From the NCBI GenBank assembly GCA_951406725.2, contig OX597823.1, positions 85,188,001-85,252,000 on the forward strand: a stretch of DNA of 64,000 nucleotides, read 5' to 3'. The DNA is from Octopus vulgaris. Its lineage: Eukaryota. Made by a program: the position numbers and the translations under genes. The first letter of the stretch is position 1. Each line of letters opens with the position of its first letter. Under the pieces are notes generated by a model. That model worked only from the letters and a program-made list of their open reading frames with translations. It searched no databases and had not been told where the DNA came from. This document shows, in pieces, positions 30,964 to 44,509 of this stretch.

Positions 30964-31232
30964 AAAAAATAAATTTTAAATCACTGGATTAAATTGATGT
31001 TAATTAATTGATATGAATTTCTACCATCGGTATTTTAATTTATATGTATGTATTTGTGTATGTATGTATGTATGTATGTATGTATGTATGTATGTATGTA
31101 TGTATGTATGTATGTATGTATGCATGCATGCATGCATGCATGTATGTATGTATGCATGTATGTATGTATGTATGTATGTATGTATATATATAATGAGCCT
31201 GTGGAAAAGGAAGGGGTGTTGCTTTTTAGTGT

Positions 31233-31535
31233 GTGATTTGTGGGAGGAGATACTTGAGTCATGCTGGCCTGGTCAGCCATCACACAACTTACAAGAATCA
31301 ACCCATTGTAAATTGCGATTCGGCTATTTTTCAGAACCCGTGCAGAACACGGCTATTAAACAAAGCACGCGCAGCCTGCGGAAAGGTGTGCCTTTCAATT
31401 GGAGGATTGAAAAGGCACATCAAAATACTTCATCCTATGTCACCTGTTCTGTCTGTCAGCCGGCAAAACTGAGTTATGCAAGAGAACGTGCAAATCTTTG
31501 GCCATTCTCAAGAGTCATACAAGGACCTCACATTA
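31233..31535 (+). pseudogene. Three degenerate C2H2-like zinc fingers, probably the C-terminus of an RTE/BovB-type LINE
   Basis: ICGRRYLSHAGLVSHH, ACGKVCLSIGGLKRHIKILH and LCKRTCKSLAILKSHTRTSH across frames; no TGEKP linkers. Confidence 0.6.
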
Positions 31536-32080
31536 CATCCTCAATAGCTCATCTCGATGATTCTTTCTAGCAATGAATTTGCTCATATACGAGAGTCAAC
31601 TATGTATGTATGTATGTATGTATGTATGTATGTATGTATGTATGTATGTATGTATGTATGTATTATGTATGTATGTATGTATGTATGTTTGTGAGTATAT
31701 AAAAATATGTATGTATGTGTGTATGTATGTTCGAATGTGCGTACGTACGTACATACGTATGTGAGTACGTAAGAATGTATGTATGTACGTACATATCTAT
31801 GTATCATTAAATGTACACGGTATAATAGTCACGAGTTTCTAACAGAGTATTGCTTTGAAGACGAGCATCTAGGCAGGTTTTTCTAAGAAGCCTCGTGTCG
31901 CCATGAAAGCCAGACGATTGCTTGGGGATACAAGGTGAGTTATAAAAATCTGCCAACACCCTCGTCTCCAAAGTGAGAAAATATAAGTATCTTCTATCTT
32001 CATATTGAGTTCATTTATCACTCACTGAATGGAATGTCCGTTTTTCTGGTCTTTCCTTAACGGAACAGCAAACTGTGTGA

Positions 32081-32129
<49 letters not shown>

Positions 32130-32149
32130 TCTCTCTCTCTATATATATA

Positions 32150-32970
32150 TATAGGAGAGGAACCCCACCATTTACTGACTTATAAATATATATATAACAG
32201 AAAAAAATGGAACAAGCACGTAACAGGCGACAACAAAACATCCGTACTGTTAAACGATACAAAAAAGGACACAAAATACATGGACGGGTCAGTCGGAGCT
32301 TTCTATCCTCAGTCGAGTTCTAGATTATCGTAGCAGTTTCGGCTGGTTACACTCGAAACTGCTCCAATCTGGCCGGCCCCATGAAAATCTAAACGAAGAG
32401 CATTAGACTCCTTGGAAGAAGGCAAGCGAATGTATACGAAAACAAGGACGAAAAATGAACGGAGAAATGGTACACAATTACAAATAGAAACAACAGGACA
32501 TTAATAACAATTGTCTTTCGACTAACGATGAATTAAATTAAGCTGGCGAGTGTGGAAGTGAAGCCTTACGGCAGGGACATAAGTGATGAAAGTCATGGGA
32601 AGGAATGTAAGATATGCTACACGGGTTGTAGTCGAACCAAGAAAGAAAGGTCAGGCTTGGTGGAACACTAGTCACGTAGAAAGAGAGAAGAGGTAGGTGA
32701 CAGAGATTGAAGAATTAGGGAGGGACGAGAAAGAGAGGAAAAGAAGGGAAAGGGACAGGGTGAGGTAAAATAGGAGGGAAAGTGAGAGTGAAGTGAAGGC
32801 CAAGAAATGAGAGGGAGGGGGAAAGAGAAAAAGAAAAGTGGAAAGAACGAAGGAATTGTAAGAGTCGTACAGAATTTAGATATGTATATATATGTACTTA
32901 CATACAGGAGACCAAAATGTCCGAAAGCCGAAAACAGAAAAATGGAAAAATGGAACAAGAACGTAACAGC
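32150..32970. repeat. Unclassified repeat-like segment, possibly a PLE terminal region
   Basis: Bounded by microsatellites; internal direct repeat aaaaatggaacaag.acgtaacag (about 32203 and 32946); perfect 10-bp stem agcagtttcg/cgaaactgct at about 32332-32363. Confidence 0.35.
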
Positions 32971-33679
32971 CTCAACAAAACGTATGTATGTGTGTGAGTG
33001 TGTGTCTGTACATATATATATGTTGGTATATCAGTGTATGCGTGGATGGGTCTGTGTGTCTTTGTGTCTAACCTCCACTATCGTTTGACAACCTTGTTTG
33101 TTTACTTCTCCGTTACTTAGCTGTTCGACAAAAGAGACCGATTGAATTAGTACCTGACTCTAATACGCGAGTGAGATCGATCTGCTCGGCTAAAACTCTG
33201 CAATGTGATGTCCCAGGATGGTTGCACTTTAGAGAGAAATCTGAGATCTGACGTTCATGCCTTTCCGAAAGATAATAACGAAATTGGCAGATAACATAAA
33301 CTAATTCAACCGGAAATTGAAGAAATCGCCTTACAATAAACAGCTTGGCAAATGTTATTTTTTCCTCTCTTAATATATGCCATTCAACGCAAGTTTTAAT
33401 TAAATTATTATTTCATAATATTATTTATTTCACCTTAAGCAAGGTGTTAGCTTCTATTGTTGCATTTCTTTCAAAATATCAGGGATGTCATCTTAATTTC
33501 GTTTACATTTATTGTTTGCATTATAATTCAAATATAAACAATTATTGTTAATTGTATAATAATTGTCCCCTCCAGCGATACCATCATTTGTTTTTATTTA
33601 AAACACAATATAGAATAACTAAACATATTAATTCTAGTTGCAATAGATGCATACTTTTGTATATATGTGTGTATATGCA

Positions 33680-33741
<62 letters not shown>

Positions 33742-33882
33742 TATAGGAAACATTTTGTAATGCTGCCCACACAGAACTAATTGTCTTGCACATACACATA
33801 CACTCACATGCAATCACACACAAACACACATAGAAAGAGAGAGAGAGAGAGAGAGAGGGAGGCATATCTATCTATCTCTCTA

Positions 33883-33920
<38 letters not shown>

Positions 33921-33974
33921 CATATGTAATTATGTATATATACAAATATATGTATATTTATGTGTGTATATATA

Positions 33975-34019
<45 letters not shown>

Positions 34020-34502
34020 TATATAAAGTACATGTATCTGTATGTATTCGTATATATTTCTGTGTGTGTGTATGTGTGTATATGTGTGTACGCGTGTGTA
34101 TATAGGTGTGTGTATGTATGAATATACATTTGTATGCATACATGTATACGATAATGAATTCTGTGTAGGCAGAATGGCGAAATATAATATTGTGCCCTTT
34201 AGATATTTTTCTATCTAATATATTGCCAATCAAACTGCAATTAGTATTCATACAATAAACTATACAATTGTTACTAGTAGGCACAAGCGTTGGAACAATA
34301 TGTTGATTCGATTCAGTATGCGAGTTATAGCTTAAATCAGTAAGGATCTATAAAATAATATAGACAAAAGAGCTGGTATTTTGTGAAGAGACGGATAAAA
34401 ATAATATATGGCAAAGAACGACGTTAATCAGAGAAGATTTTCGCAAGATATAGAATTGAAATTAATTTATTTATTTAATATTCTCTCAATAGTCTCTGTT
34501 TT

Positions 34503-35310
34503 AAGGCGTCAAGCTGGCAGAACCGTTTGCACGCCGGGCGAAATGCTTAACCTTATTTCGTCCGCCGCTTCGTTCTGAGATCAAATTCCGCCGAAGTCGA
34601 CTTTGCCTTTCATCCTTTCGGTGTCGATTAAATAAGTACCAGTTACGCACTGGGGTCGATATAATCGACTTAAACCGTTTGTCTGTCCTTGTTAGCCCCC
34701 TGAGTGTGTAGCCCCTTTTGAGCAGTAAAGAAGTAAGGAATGTTAGTACGCCTGGCTAAATGCGTAGCCGTATTTTATCTGCCGTTACGTTCTGAGTTCA
34801 AATTCCACCAAGGTCGACTTTGCCTTTCATCCTTTCGGGGTCGATAAATTAAGTACCATTTGCGCGCTGGAGTTGATCCCTTTGTCTGTTTTTGGTTGTC
34901 CTCTCTGTGTTTAGCCTCTTGTAGCTAGTAAAGAAAAAGGCATTTCGTCTGCCGAAGGCGGTGAGCTGGCAGAATCGTTAGTACGCCGGGAGAAATGCTT
35001 TGTGGTATTTCGTCTGCCGCTACGTTCTGAGTTCAAACTCCGCCGAGGTCGACTTTGCCTTTCATCTCTTCGGGGTCGATTAAATAAGTACCAGTTACGC
35101 ACTGGGGTCGATATAATCGACTTCATTCGTTTGTCTGTCCTTGCAGGTCCTTTCTGTGTTTAGCCCCTTGTGGGTAGTAAAGAGATAGGTAGTTCGTCTG
35201 CCGTTACGTTCTGAGTCGATTTTACCTTTCATCTGGAGTTGATAGTTGATATAATTGACTTACCGACTTACTCGAAATTGCTGGCCTTGTGCCAAAATTT
35301 GAAACCAATA
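34503..35310 (+). mobile_element. Head-to-tail array of family A SINE units
   Basis: Heads aaggcg...gctggcagaa at 34503 and 34955; cgttctgag(t/a)t(caaa)..gtcga..ttt.cctttcatc recurs four times. Confidence 0.9.
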
Positions 35311-35711
35311 TTAACCATGAGACAAAGACAAATCAAAAGAACAACTGATTTATTAGCAACAAGCTGTTATGCATCTACAATATCTGTTCCATTAATCTTG
35401 ATTACAAATTAGATTATCACAGACGATTTCCTTAATTATCCGATTTGCATATTAATGCAATTTAGCCAATCTGTAATGTTTTTGCTTTATAAATCTTATA
35501 AGATGTAGAATTATTTTCTTTGTAATTTATTTTCCTTTTTATTGTATTTTCTTATTATTTTCGTCAATAAGCATCAAGTACGCGGTATGATGCTTATGTC
35601 TTAGGAAATATGTAAAACTCTTACCACTTTCACTCTTCATATAAATGGAATTGTTGCAACAGAAATATATATAGTCGCCTGATATTATCATCGACATCAT
35701 CATTTTCATAG

Positions 35712-36135
35712 TACCTATTTCTTTACTACCCTCAAGGGTAGTAAATACAGAGGGGACAAACAAGTACAGACAAACGGATTAAGTCGATTATATCGATACC
35801 AGGGCGTAACTGGTACTTATTTAATCGACCCCGAAAGGATGAAAGGCAAAGTCGACATCGGCAGAATTTGAACTCAGAACGTAGCGGCAGACGAAATACT
35901 TATTTCTTTTACTACCTACAAGGGGCTAAACACAGAGGGGACAAACAAGGACAGACAAACGGATTAATTCGATTATATCGACTCCAGTTCGTAACTGGTA
36001 CTTATTTGATCGACCACGAAAGGATGAAAGGCAAAGTCGACCTCGGTGGAACTTGAACTCAGAACGTAGCGGCAGAAGAAATAAGGGTAATCATTTCGCC
36101 CGGCGTGCTAACGTTCCTGCCAGCTCGCCGCCTTA
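35712..36135 (-). mobile_element. Dimeric family A SINE
   Basis: Two units joined at gacgaaatac(t)tatttcttt; head at 36135. Confidence 0.9.
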
Positions 36136-36237
36136 CAGATAGTTGCTGTATTATGATTGAGAATCATCTATGTTAAAAAATATAATACATTATAACAGAA
36201 ATTATATGAGCAGCAAACGATTTTTCACTCGTACATA

Positions 36238-36339
<102 letters not shown>

Positions 36340-37029
36340 CTGCTGCTTTCAGATTTTCTATGAGGATTTTCATATAAAACGTCTTTCACTTACTTTGAGG
36401 AATACAGATCTCATCCGTGTGTTTATGCTCTTCCTAACTGAAAGGGACGAGATTGATATACTAAACAATTCCCATAAGAAACATATGGTTTATATTATAG
36501 TAAACAAGGAGATGATTCTCACAACTACAATGGCTATTTTTAGTTAATATTCCCGGATAAAATTCAGGTGAGTACAACATTAAGAATTATATTCTGTGTT
36601 ATGCTTGAACCTAACATACAGGAAACGTTTTTTCTTGAGTTTCTTCTTTCGGGAAGAATTTCTGGTCTCAGATAAGTGGGGATATGTCATATATCAAAGG
36701 ATAACATGACAGGTAATACCACTAAAATGATATAAGCGTATAGATTCTATCCTCTTGAAAATGGTTGAGTTTCTTAGCGCTTAGATATAGAATATAGAAG
36801 TATATTTTCCTATTATTGGATATAAAAGGAAAATGTACTGTATACTATATCTAAGTGTATCAAAGCGCTAAGAAATTCACACACTCATACACACACACAA
36901 TGCATACATACGCGCACACACACATGGTGAATTTAAATAGCCACAAAGAAAAAGAAAAAAACATACAAACGTTTGGTCATGGCACAAGCAATATATTAAT
37001 AAGAGGGTCAGAGAAGGAAAAGAGTAGAA

Positions 37030-37064
37030 GTCTTACGTTTCGAGTATAGCTCCTCTTCGGAAAC
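37030..37064 (-). ncRNA. Minimal type I hammerhead-like motif, U4C variant
   Basis: GUUU-CCGAAGA-G-GAG-CUAUA-CUC-GAAAC-GUA-AGAC; stems I and II pair, stem III is the loopless palindrome ACGU. Confidence 0.55.
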
Positions 37065-37237
37065 AGGAAGAAACAGGAATGTCCAAGAGGAAGGGGGAGA
37101 AAGATCGATAACAATCTCGTACGGTCACACACACACAAGCACGCACACATACACACACACGCATTCTTTTAGTCTTATATATATATATATAATTGAAATT
37201 TACAGGGGAAACAAATGACGAAGACAGGTGTTAAAAT

Positions 37238-37311
<74 letters not shown>

Positions 37312-37314
37312 TAT

Positions 37315-37352
<38 letters not shown>

Positions 37353-37368
37353 CGACAGATAGACAGAC

Positions 37369-37481
<113 letters not shown>

Positions 37482-37504
37482 GATAACAAATAAATTCAGA
37501 AATA

Positions 37505-37749
37505 TTGGCTTGGTGCATAATTATTGCGGCTTTTTTCAACAACTCTTATTCAACAAAAGCAATAATAATACTTAACAAAAATATCTTTAAATGACAGTCT
37601 CACTGTCTGCCATGCAAATGGGAAGAGGTAATTGCAGTAGATGGTGAATATGCTTCGGAATAATCATTTAAAGAAGTTTCTTTTATGTTTTTGCTTATGT
37701 TGAATAAAATTTGTTTTAAAAAAGCCGCAATAATTATGCATCAACTCAA
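37505..37749 (+). mobile_element. 245-bp mariner-derived MITE with Hsmar1/cecropia-like TIRs
   Basis: ta|ttggcttggtgcataattattgcggctttt ... aaaagccgcaataattatgcatcaactcaa; internal EVIAVDGEYASE* transposase C-terminus. Confidence 0.88.
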
Positions 37750-38084
37750 TGGATAGATAGATAGAAAGATAGATAGAAAAATAGATGGATAAATATATAA
37801 AAATATAGATAGATAGACAGAGAGATAAATAGATAGATAGATTTATAAATAGATAGCTAGAGAGATAGATAGATAGATGGACAGACGAAATATATTCAGA
37901 AAAAACACGTATGAGCATATACATATTTATCTATTCTTTTTTTCTTTTCTTTTCTCTTATTTATGTCAGTTATTTGACTGCGGCCAGGCTAGAACAGCGC
38001 TTTTAGTCGAACAAATCGACCCCAGGACTTATTCTTTGTAAGCCACGTACTTATTCCATCTGTCTCATTTGCCGAACCGTAAGT

Positions 38085-38870
38085 TTGTCGTTCTGCCTGG
38101 TTGGCCACCCTGTGGAGAGCGGTTGCTTCTCAGTCGTTGCAGTTGGTTGATTCTCATTGAGGATCATTTCGTTCTATTTGCTGAAGTTCGGTTTTGATTG
38201 GTCTAGAGTTAGGTGACGTCAGCAACTGGTATTTGTAAAATTTCATTGGTCTCGTGATTGGTGACGTCGGCATCTGGTGTTTGTTTGGTGTTATTCTGCG
38301 CTGATTTGCAGTTGCAGTTTCGAAACTCGGGCTGAAGACTGTAACTAAAGTTTACAGAACTTTTTGTTGTTCTTGGTTGTTTTTTCATTGTGTGGAGAAA
38401 TTGAGTCTTTTTTTCTTTTTGTCTTTAGTGTTTTTTCTTCTTTCTAAAGGATATCCAGCTGTGTTTATACATTTTAATGAGTACCCTTTCTTTATTTAAA
38501 CGGAATTGGGTTGATGTGTTTCCAGTGCATTGATAGAGATGAAAGATTTGGCATTTCAGGTTTATGTTTATGGAGCATTGGTCTAGGTGTTTCCTTACGG
38601 GAATTTTCCTTGTCATGAGGTCCCGGATTTGTTGCCTGTGCACCGTTAGTCTCTCCCTCAAGGTTAAACTAGTTTGACCTCTGTAGTCTCCACCACACTC
38701 TCAATTTTTAAGAACAGATTAAGCTCTTCGAGGCACAGGTGAAGAGATTTTGTATAGTAAATGTTTGACCTGACATAAATTTGTATGTTGAACCCTAAGA
38801 GGAAGATACAAGTTCCGCAGTGAGGGCGATTGCCTTTTTGACTAGTGGGGTTACCAACCAAACAGAACGA
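38085..38870 (-). mobile_element. Penelope-like element 3' part: Cys-rich linker, GIY-YIG endonuclease remnant and terminal region
   Basis: NRPHCGTC linker; LRERLTVHRQQIRD..IPVRKHLDQC..FHLYQC..RLNKERVLIKMY. Confidence 0.8.
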
Positions 38871-39442
38871 CAAACTTGACAACCGGAAATACAAGACGTC
38901 ACCAGTACTTTAACGAATCAAATATCAGTTCAGCTTGCAGAAAAAAATTATAAATATACCGGATACCAAAATACATCGTTACGAGAGAAAGTTGCTACGC
39001 AAGACGGAAAGAGGATCAGAGAAAGTGTAAACCAAGTCCCTTTTGTTACTGTCTTCATTTCTCCCTTTTTCCCTCTTAAACAATGAGTAAGCTGTAAAAC
39101 GTTCACGAGTGTTCTTACGACTGAAACGTTGATGATATTCAGTTTTAATATTATTAACTGTTATGAACATTTAAACTTCTCAACATTGAAATTTCTGAAC
39201 ATGCTTTTCTAATTCATAATTCTAAATTTTTACCATTGATAAACAAAAAATATTGTTGAAACTAGTTTGATATATGTGTAAATAAATTCATTTTAAACGA
39301 TTACAACTTTTTCAAATTTAGGTACATTTTCAAATAAAAATTTCTCTAAATATGTATATAAAAGCGTGATATAGGCGTTTCTTAGTATGCTATTCATATT
39401 TAGTGACACTTATAATCTTCTTTTTAGTGAAATATTGTAACC

Positions 39443-39485
<43 letters not shown>

Positions 39486-39634
39486 CTAGACATACATATC
39501 TATCTATCTATCTATATTGACCACTGGTAACAAAAGATTTTTCGATGAATATTCTTGCTACCCGAAGATTTTAATATCTATCTATATCTATATATATATA
39601 TCTATATATCTATCTACCTATCTATTTATCTATA

Positions 39635-39691
<57 letters not shown>

Positions 39692-39896
39692 TCTCTTTTT
39701 ACAAGGCATAATGTCAGTGCACTTATCGGCATTCATGCCTTGATCGAAATATCGAGCCGCTAGCAAGGTGAAACTTCGAAATCCCTGTCATTCCTTTTGT
39801 AAAAGGGGTTTGATTGATCCTTCAGTTTGATTGATTCTTCAAGAAAAAAAAAAACGTTAACATATGTGCGTATGTGTGTGTATGTAAGTTAGGGTT

Positions 39897-39968
<72 letters not shown>

Positions 39969-40439
39969 TGTATAGATTTGTTTTTTGGTGTCAAACGGTT
40001 AAATATGAGTCAGTGAATGTGTTAGCGCGTTACCATTTCAATACGTAATCGTGCGTGCGTGTGTATGCGCACGAGTGAATGTATGTGCGTGTTTGTGTGT
40101 GTATGCGTTTGTGCGTATAGAAGGGTGTGCTTTTTGTTATATTTCTTTGCTGGCATTATTATGTGTTCAATGTCATTTGATCGAACTCACTTAACAATTG
40201 TATGAATAAAATAGTGAGGTGTGTACTAACAGCTGAAAATTCATTCAAATTATTCTTTTGTATTCCTATTCATATTATTTAAACCTCACATTTATTTCAG
40301 TGTTTTTTTTTTACTTCTTCTTATTCCATTTTATTTAGCATTATATCCTCAAATAAAAGAAGAAAATGGAACCAATGTGCTACTTTTGAAATATTGTATT
40401 AAAAGATCCATTGTGTGAATTTTTTCTTCTTTAAAGAAA

Positions 40440-40474
40440 GCCATACACACACACATATACATATATACATATGT

Positions 40475-40527
<53 letters not shown>

Positions 40528-40647
40528 CTACATATATGTGTGTGTCTATATACATATCTTTATTTATAAATATATGTGTGTGTGCGTTATATATATATTT
40601 ATACATATATATGCATATGTATATATATATTTATATATGTATTTATA

Positions 40648-40717
<70 letters not shown>

Positions 40718-40728
40718 TATAAACATAT

Positions 40729-40822
<94 letters not shown>

Positions 40823-40830
40823 ATATGTAT
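40440..40830. repeat. (TA)n-rich microsatellite
   Basis: Direct reading. Confidence 0.95.
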
Positions 40831-41799
40831 CTCTGACATTTGACTCCTGTTCTCTTCTAGAAGAATGCAAATATTTCTTACAAGAAAATGTCAAATCAAC
40901 AACATAAAGCCTTCTTTACAATACTTTTTAAAAATCTTTTTCCTTTCTATTGGAGCGGCAAAGTTCATAGAACACTTGTTTACAAGCAATTTTTTTTCTA
41001 TTTTCTGTTCTATGTTTTGTTTTTTGCTATTTTATTTTATATTTTGTTTTGTTTTGTTTTTGTGACGGAAAACAGACGTTTGCGTCTGTGGGAAAATATT
41101 AAGATAATCAATAGCCGAAGAAAATTATTCTTGATGTTATAGTTTCTTTAAAGAGAAATTTTTACCTTAAAGTTAAATTCAAGTGTGCAAATAAAAACTG
41201 TTCTACATATATATTCTGATAAATGAAAATAAACATAGTGTGAACAAAATAAAAAAAGTAACGAAAACAAAAAACATTAAAAGATAATTCCAATAAAAAC
41301 AAATTTAAAAAATATTAAATTGAAGAAAATAAAAGAATGTATAGAAATAAGAAATAAAAGAGAATAATAATAGACTAAGAAGTGAGAGGAAACCTTTGCT
41401 GTTCACGTTATAAAAAATATATTTTCTTGTTCAAGCGAACATATGTATCCACGGATGTCTCACTTAATCTCAGAAGAGATACACTATCATAAACATAGTT
41501 ACAAGTACAGGTGCACATATATACACAGGAAAACACAAATTCACTTAAGCAAGCTCGCACGCACGCAGATGCACACACACACACACACACACTCACTCCT
41601 ATCTGTTGTATTGGAACACGACTGTGTTTAAGGTATATCTTATTATTAATTTTATTGTTTATTTTTTTACTCACAATTTCCTTACAGTTTGGAATAGTGA
41701 GGATCTTTAATCCGTTATCGATGTTTCTAAAGCCCAATAGTAACATCTTTTAACGAAACTCAAATGAACGATCGACAGTACAGTAACTTCTGTTCTTAA

Positions 41800-42200
41800 T
41801 GTTCCAGTTTCAGACATTAGTCTGTGACCATGCTGGAGCAACACTTTGAAGTGATTTATCGGAGCAAGTGGGCCTCAGTACATATTATTTTTAAAACCTG
41901 CCATTTATTCTCTCAGTTTTTTCCCCGAACCGCTATGTCACCTGGTCGTAAGCGAACCAACACCGATTGCAAAGCAGTGATGAGGGACTAACGTAAACAC
42001 AAATACACATATATATTGATATATTCATATACATTCGTCGGGCTTCTTTCAATTTCCGTCTACTAAATCCACTCACAAAGCTGAGACCGGCTCGGAGCTC
42101 TAGGCGAAGACATTTGTCTAAATAGCCACGCAGCGGGACTGAAACTGGAACCATGTGATTTGGAAGCAAGTTTCTTATCATCCAGTCACACCTGCACCTA
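41800..42200 (-). mobile_element. tRNA-derived CORE-like SINE, family B, diverged
   Basis: Reverse complement of the 51428-51830 element (cacatggttcc.gtttcagtccc...tgctccagcatggtcacag). Confidence 0.8.
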
Positions 42201-42249
42201 CATAGAGAGAACAAATCCTCTTGTCCATATATCCTTAGAGGTGCTAGAT

Positions 42250-42631
42250 CAGTGGTCCTCAGTCGGACTCTATACGGCTCCTGAGTGTCCATATGAAATT
42301 TGGGAGTGGGAAGAATGAAAAGAATAGTAAATTTGCGGTCTACGATAATATCTTAACAACCCCAGAATAGATTTTGCTTTAGATGTATGCGTTAGTATGT
42401 ATTGCAAGAAACAGCTAAAGTTCTTTCTCTATGTTCTATATATTCTATATTCTATTTAGAATATTCTATATAGTTCAATCTACACAACTTAATGTGGGAA
42501 AAGAAAAACGAATTTTGAAAGAAGCTTTAATAAAACTAGTTTTTAAACATCAATTATCTATGGAGGTCCACGAGAAAAAAATATCTATCAAAGGGATCCA
42601 GGGATAAAATGAATGTGGTTGAGACACCCTG
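42250..42631. mobile_element. hAT (Charlie-like) MITE
   Basis: cagtggtcctca ... ggttgagacaccctg; flanks tgctagat/atctagat resemble the Charlie NTCTAGAN target. Confidence 0.7.
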
Positions 42632-43007
42632 ATCTAGATAGTAGACCAAAGAGGCTGTTACGCGTTCAGATAATGACAAAAAAAAAACTCCTAGATTTGA
42701 TTAGAGGATGCTATTTCCAAGATATTCTTTCGTCTCCCGAAACATCCATGAAGGTACTGCATCATATTTCAAGAGTTTCTTCTCGAAGAAGATTCAAGTT
42801 AATTTTCACACATATAATCCACAATTAATTGAAGATCATGAAAATCCTGTGATGTGGTTGGACTAATGAGCATATTGCAAATAGCTGTCTGAGAGAAAGT
42901 GCCCACAAATGCATTGATACACATAAAAGATAAAACTTGATTCATTCGGATTTGTTGTATAATATTTTTGCTCATTGCAATTCGTATGGTGTCTCATGTA
43001 AAGACTT

Positions 43008-43243
43008 CTTATTTCTTTATTGCCCACAAGGGGCTGAACATAGAGGGGACAAACAAGCACAGACAAAGGGATTAAGTCGATTACATCGACCCCACTGCAT
43101 AATTGGTACTTAATTTATTGACCCCGAAAGGATGAAAGGCAAAGTCAACCTCGGCAGAATTTGAACTCAGAACGTAACGGCAGACGAAATGCCGATAAAG
43201 ATTTCGCCCGGTGTGCTAAAGTTTCTGCCAGCTCGCCGCCTTA
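43008..43243 (-). mobile_element. Family A SINE
   Basis: Complete head aaggcggcgagctggcagaaac, B box and core. Confidence 0.9.
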
Positions 43244-43497
43244 TTGTGGTTCCTAAGCAAGCTACTTACCACATAGCCACTCCTACGCCTTATGTTTATT
43301 TTTCCTTATCTGCCTGGTGATAGGTTTCCAATTTTGGCACAAGGCCAACGGGTTCGGCAACAAGTCGATTACATCGAATCCAGTACTTCACTCTTATTTA
43401 TTTTATTGCTTCCGAAAGGGTGAAATGGCGAAATTGACTTTATGGAATCTGAACTCAGAACGTAAAGATTGATGAAATGCTTCTAAGCATTTATACC

Positions 43498-43722
43498 TAT
43501 TTCTTTATTACCCACAAGGGGCTAAAGACAGAGGGGACAAACAAAGACAGACACAGGTATTAAGTCGATTTCATCGACCCCAGTGCGTAACTGGTACTTA
43601 ATTTATCGACCCCGAAAGGATGAAAGGCAAAATCAACCTCGGCGGAATTTGAACTCAGAACGTAACGGCAGACGAAATACGGCTACGCATTTCGTCCGGC
43701 GTGCTAACGTTTCTGCCAGCTC
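43498..43722 (-). mobile_element. Family A SINE nested in an older family A copy (about 43320-43775)
   Basis: 19-bp TSD gcttctaagcatttatacc at 43479-43497 and 43723-43741. Confidence 0.92.
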
Positions 43723-43812
43723 GCTTCTAAGCATTTATACCGGTGTGCTTGCCATTGTGCCACTAAAGTTGCCTTAATCTTTCTTGAGATAAGATTAACT
43801 AAAATTTATGAA

Positions 43813-44185
43813 CAAGAGTGGCTGTGATGTAAGTATCTTGCTTACGAACCACATGGTTCCGAGTTTAGTCCCACTGCGTGGCACCTTGGAGAAGTGTCTT
43901 CTACTATAGCCGGGGGCCGACCAAAGTCTTGTGAGTGGATTTGGTAGACGGAAACTGAATATATATGCATGTGTGTGTGTGTATATATTTGTGTGTCTGT
44001 GTTTGTCTCCTCAACATCACTTGACTACCAATGCTGGTGTGTTTACGTTCCCGTCACTTAGCGGTTCTGAAAAAGTGACATATATTAAGTACTAGGCTTA
44101 CAAAGAATAATTCCTGGGGTCGATTTGCTCGATTAAAGGCAGTGCTCCAGCATGGCCACAGTCAAATGACTGAAACAAGTAAAAA
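43813..44185 (+). mobile_element. Family B CORE-like SINE, near full-length
   Basis: gagtggctgtg.tgtaag head, caccttggagaagtgtctt CORE-like box, CR1-like tail cagcatggccacagtcaaatgactgaaac. Confidence 0.9.
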
Positions 44186-44509
44186 AGTTGGAGTTCCAAA
44201 CAGCTTCGAATTTGCAGATTTTATTAGTACATTGGAGTAGATGCATCTAGTCATTGCCCTGTCTTTAGCTTTACATACTTTTGAAGTCTATGAGTAAACT
44301 ACGTGAAAAGTGCTCGAGTGGTCATTCCAGCTCTCTCCCCTTGTTTCTAAATCAGCTACATAACAATGTTTGCCAGACAAGTTTCTTTTCTTCACAAATG
44401 TAGAAAGGTTCAATGCGTGCAAGCGCAACATCTAGACATATGAAAACTATTATGCTGATTTTCCCGTAGATTTGAAAAGGTCAGTCCGACATGTAATATT
44501 AATAATCTT

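Noticed and set aside
31233-31535. Host C2H2 zinc-finger gene
   Set aside because: No TGEKP linkers, disrupted frames, and a finger pattern typical of RTE C-termini.
34503-36135. Regularly recurring ~40-bp motif resembling a CRISPR repeat
   Set aside because: The intervening sequences are also homologous, there are no cas genes, and the context is eukaryotic; these are tandem SINE units.
36544-36567. Plus-strand 24-bp microexon (LIFPDKIQ) with gtgagt donor
   Set aside because: Isolated, with no other plus-strand exons; such site pairs are expected by chance in 64 kb.
39100-39450. Possible Tc1/mariner end (tatagggtggttaca on the minus strand); similar hint at 5310-5340
   Set aside because: Only one end is seen and there is no transposase motif; not enough to call.
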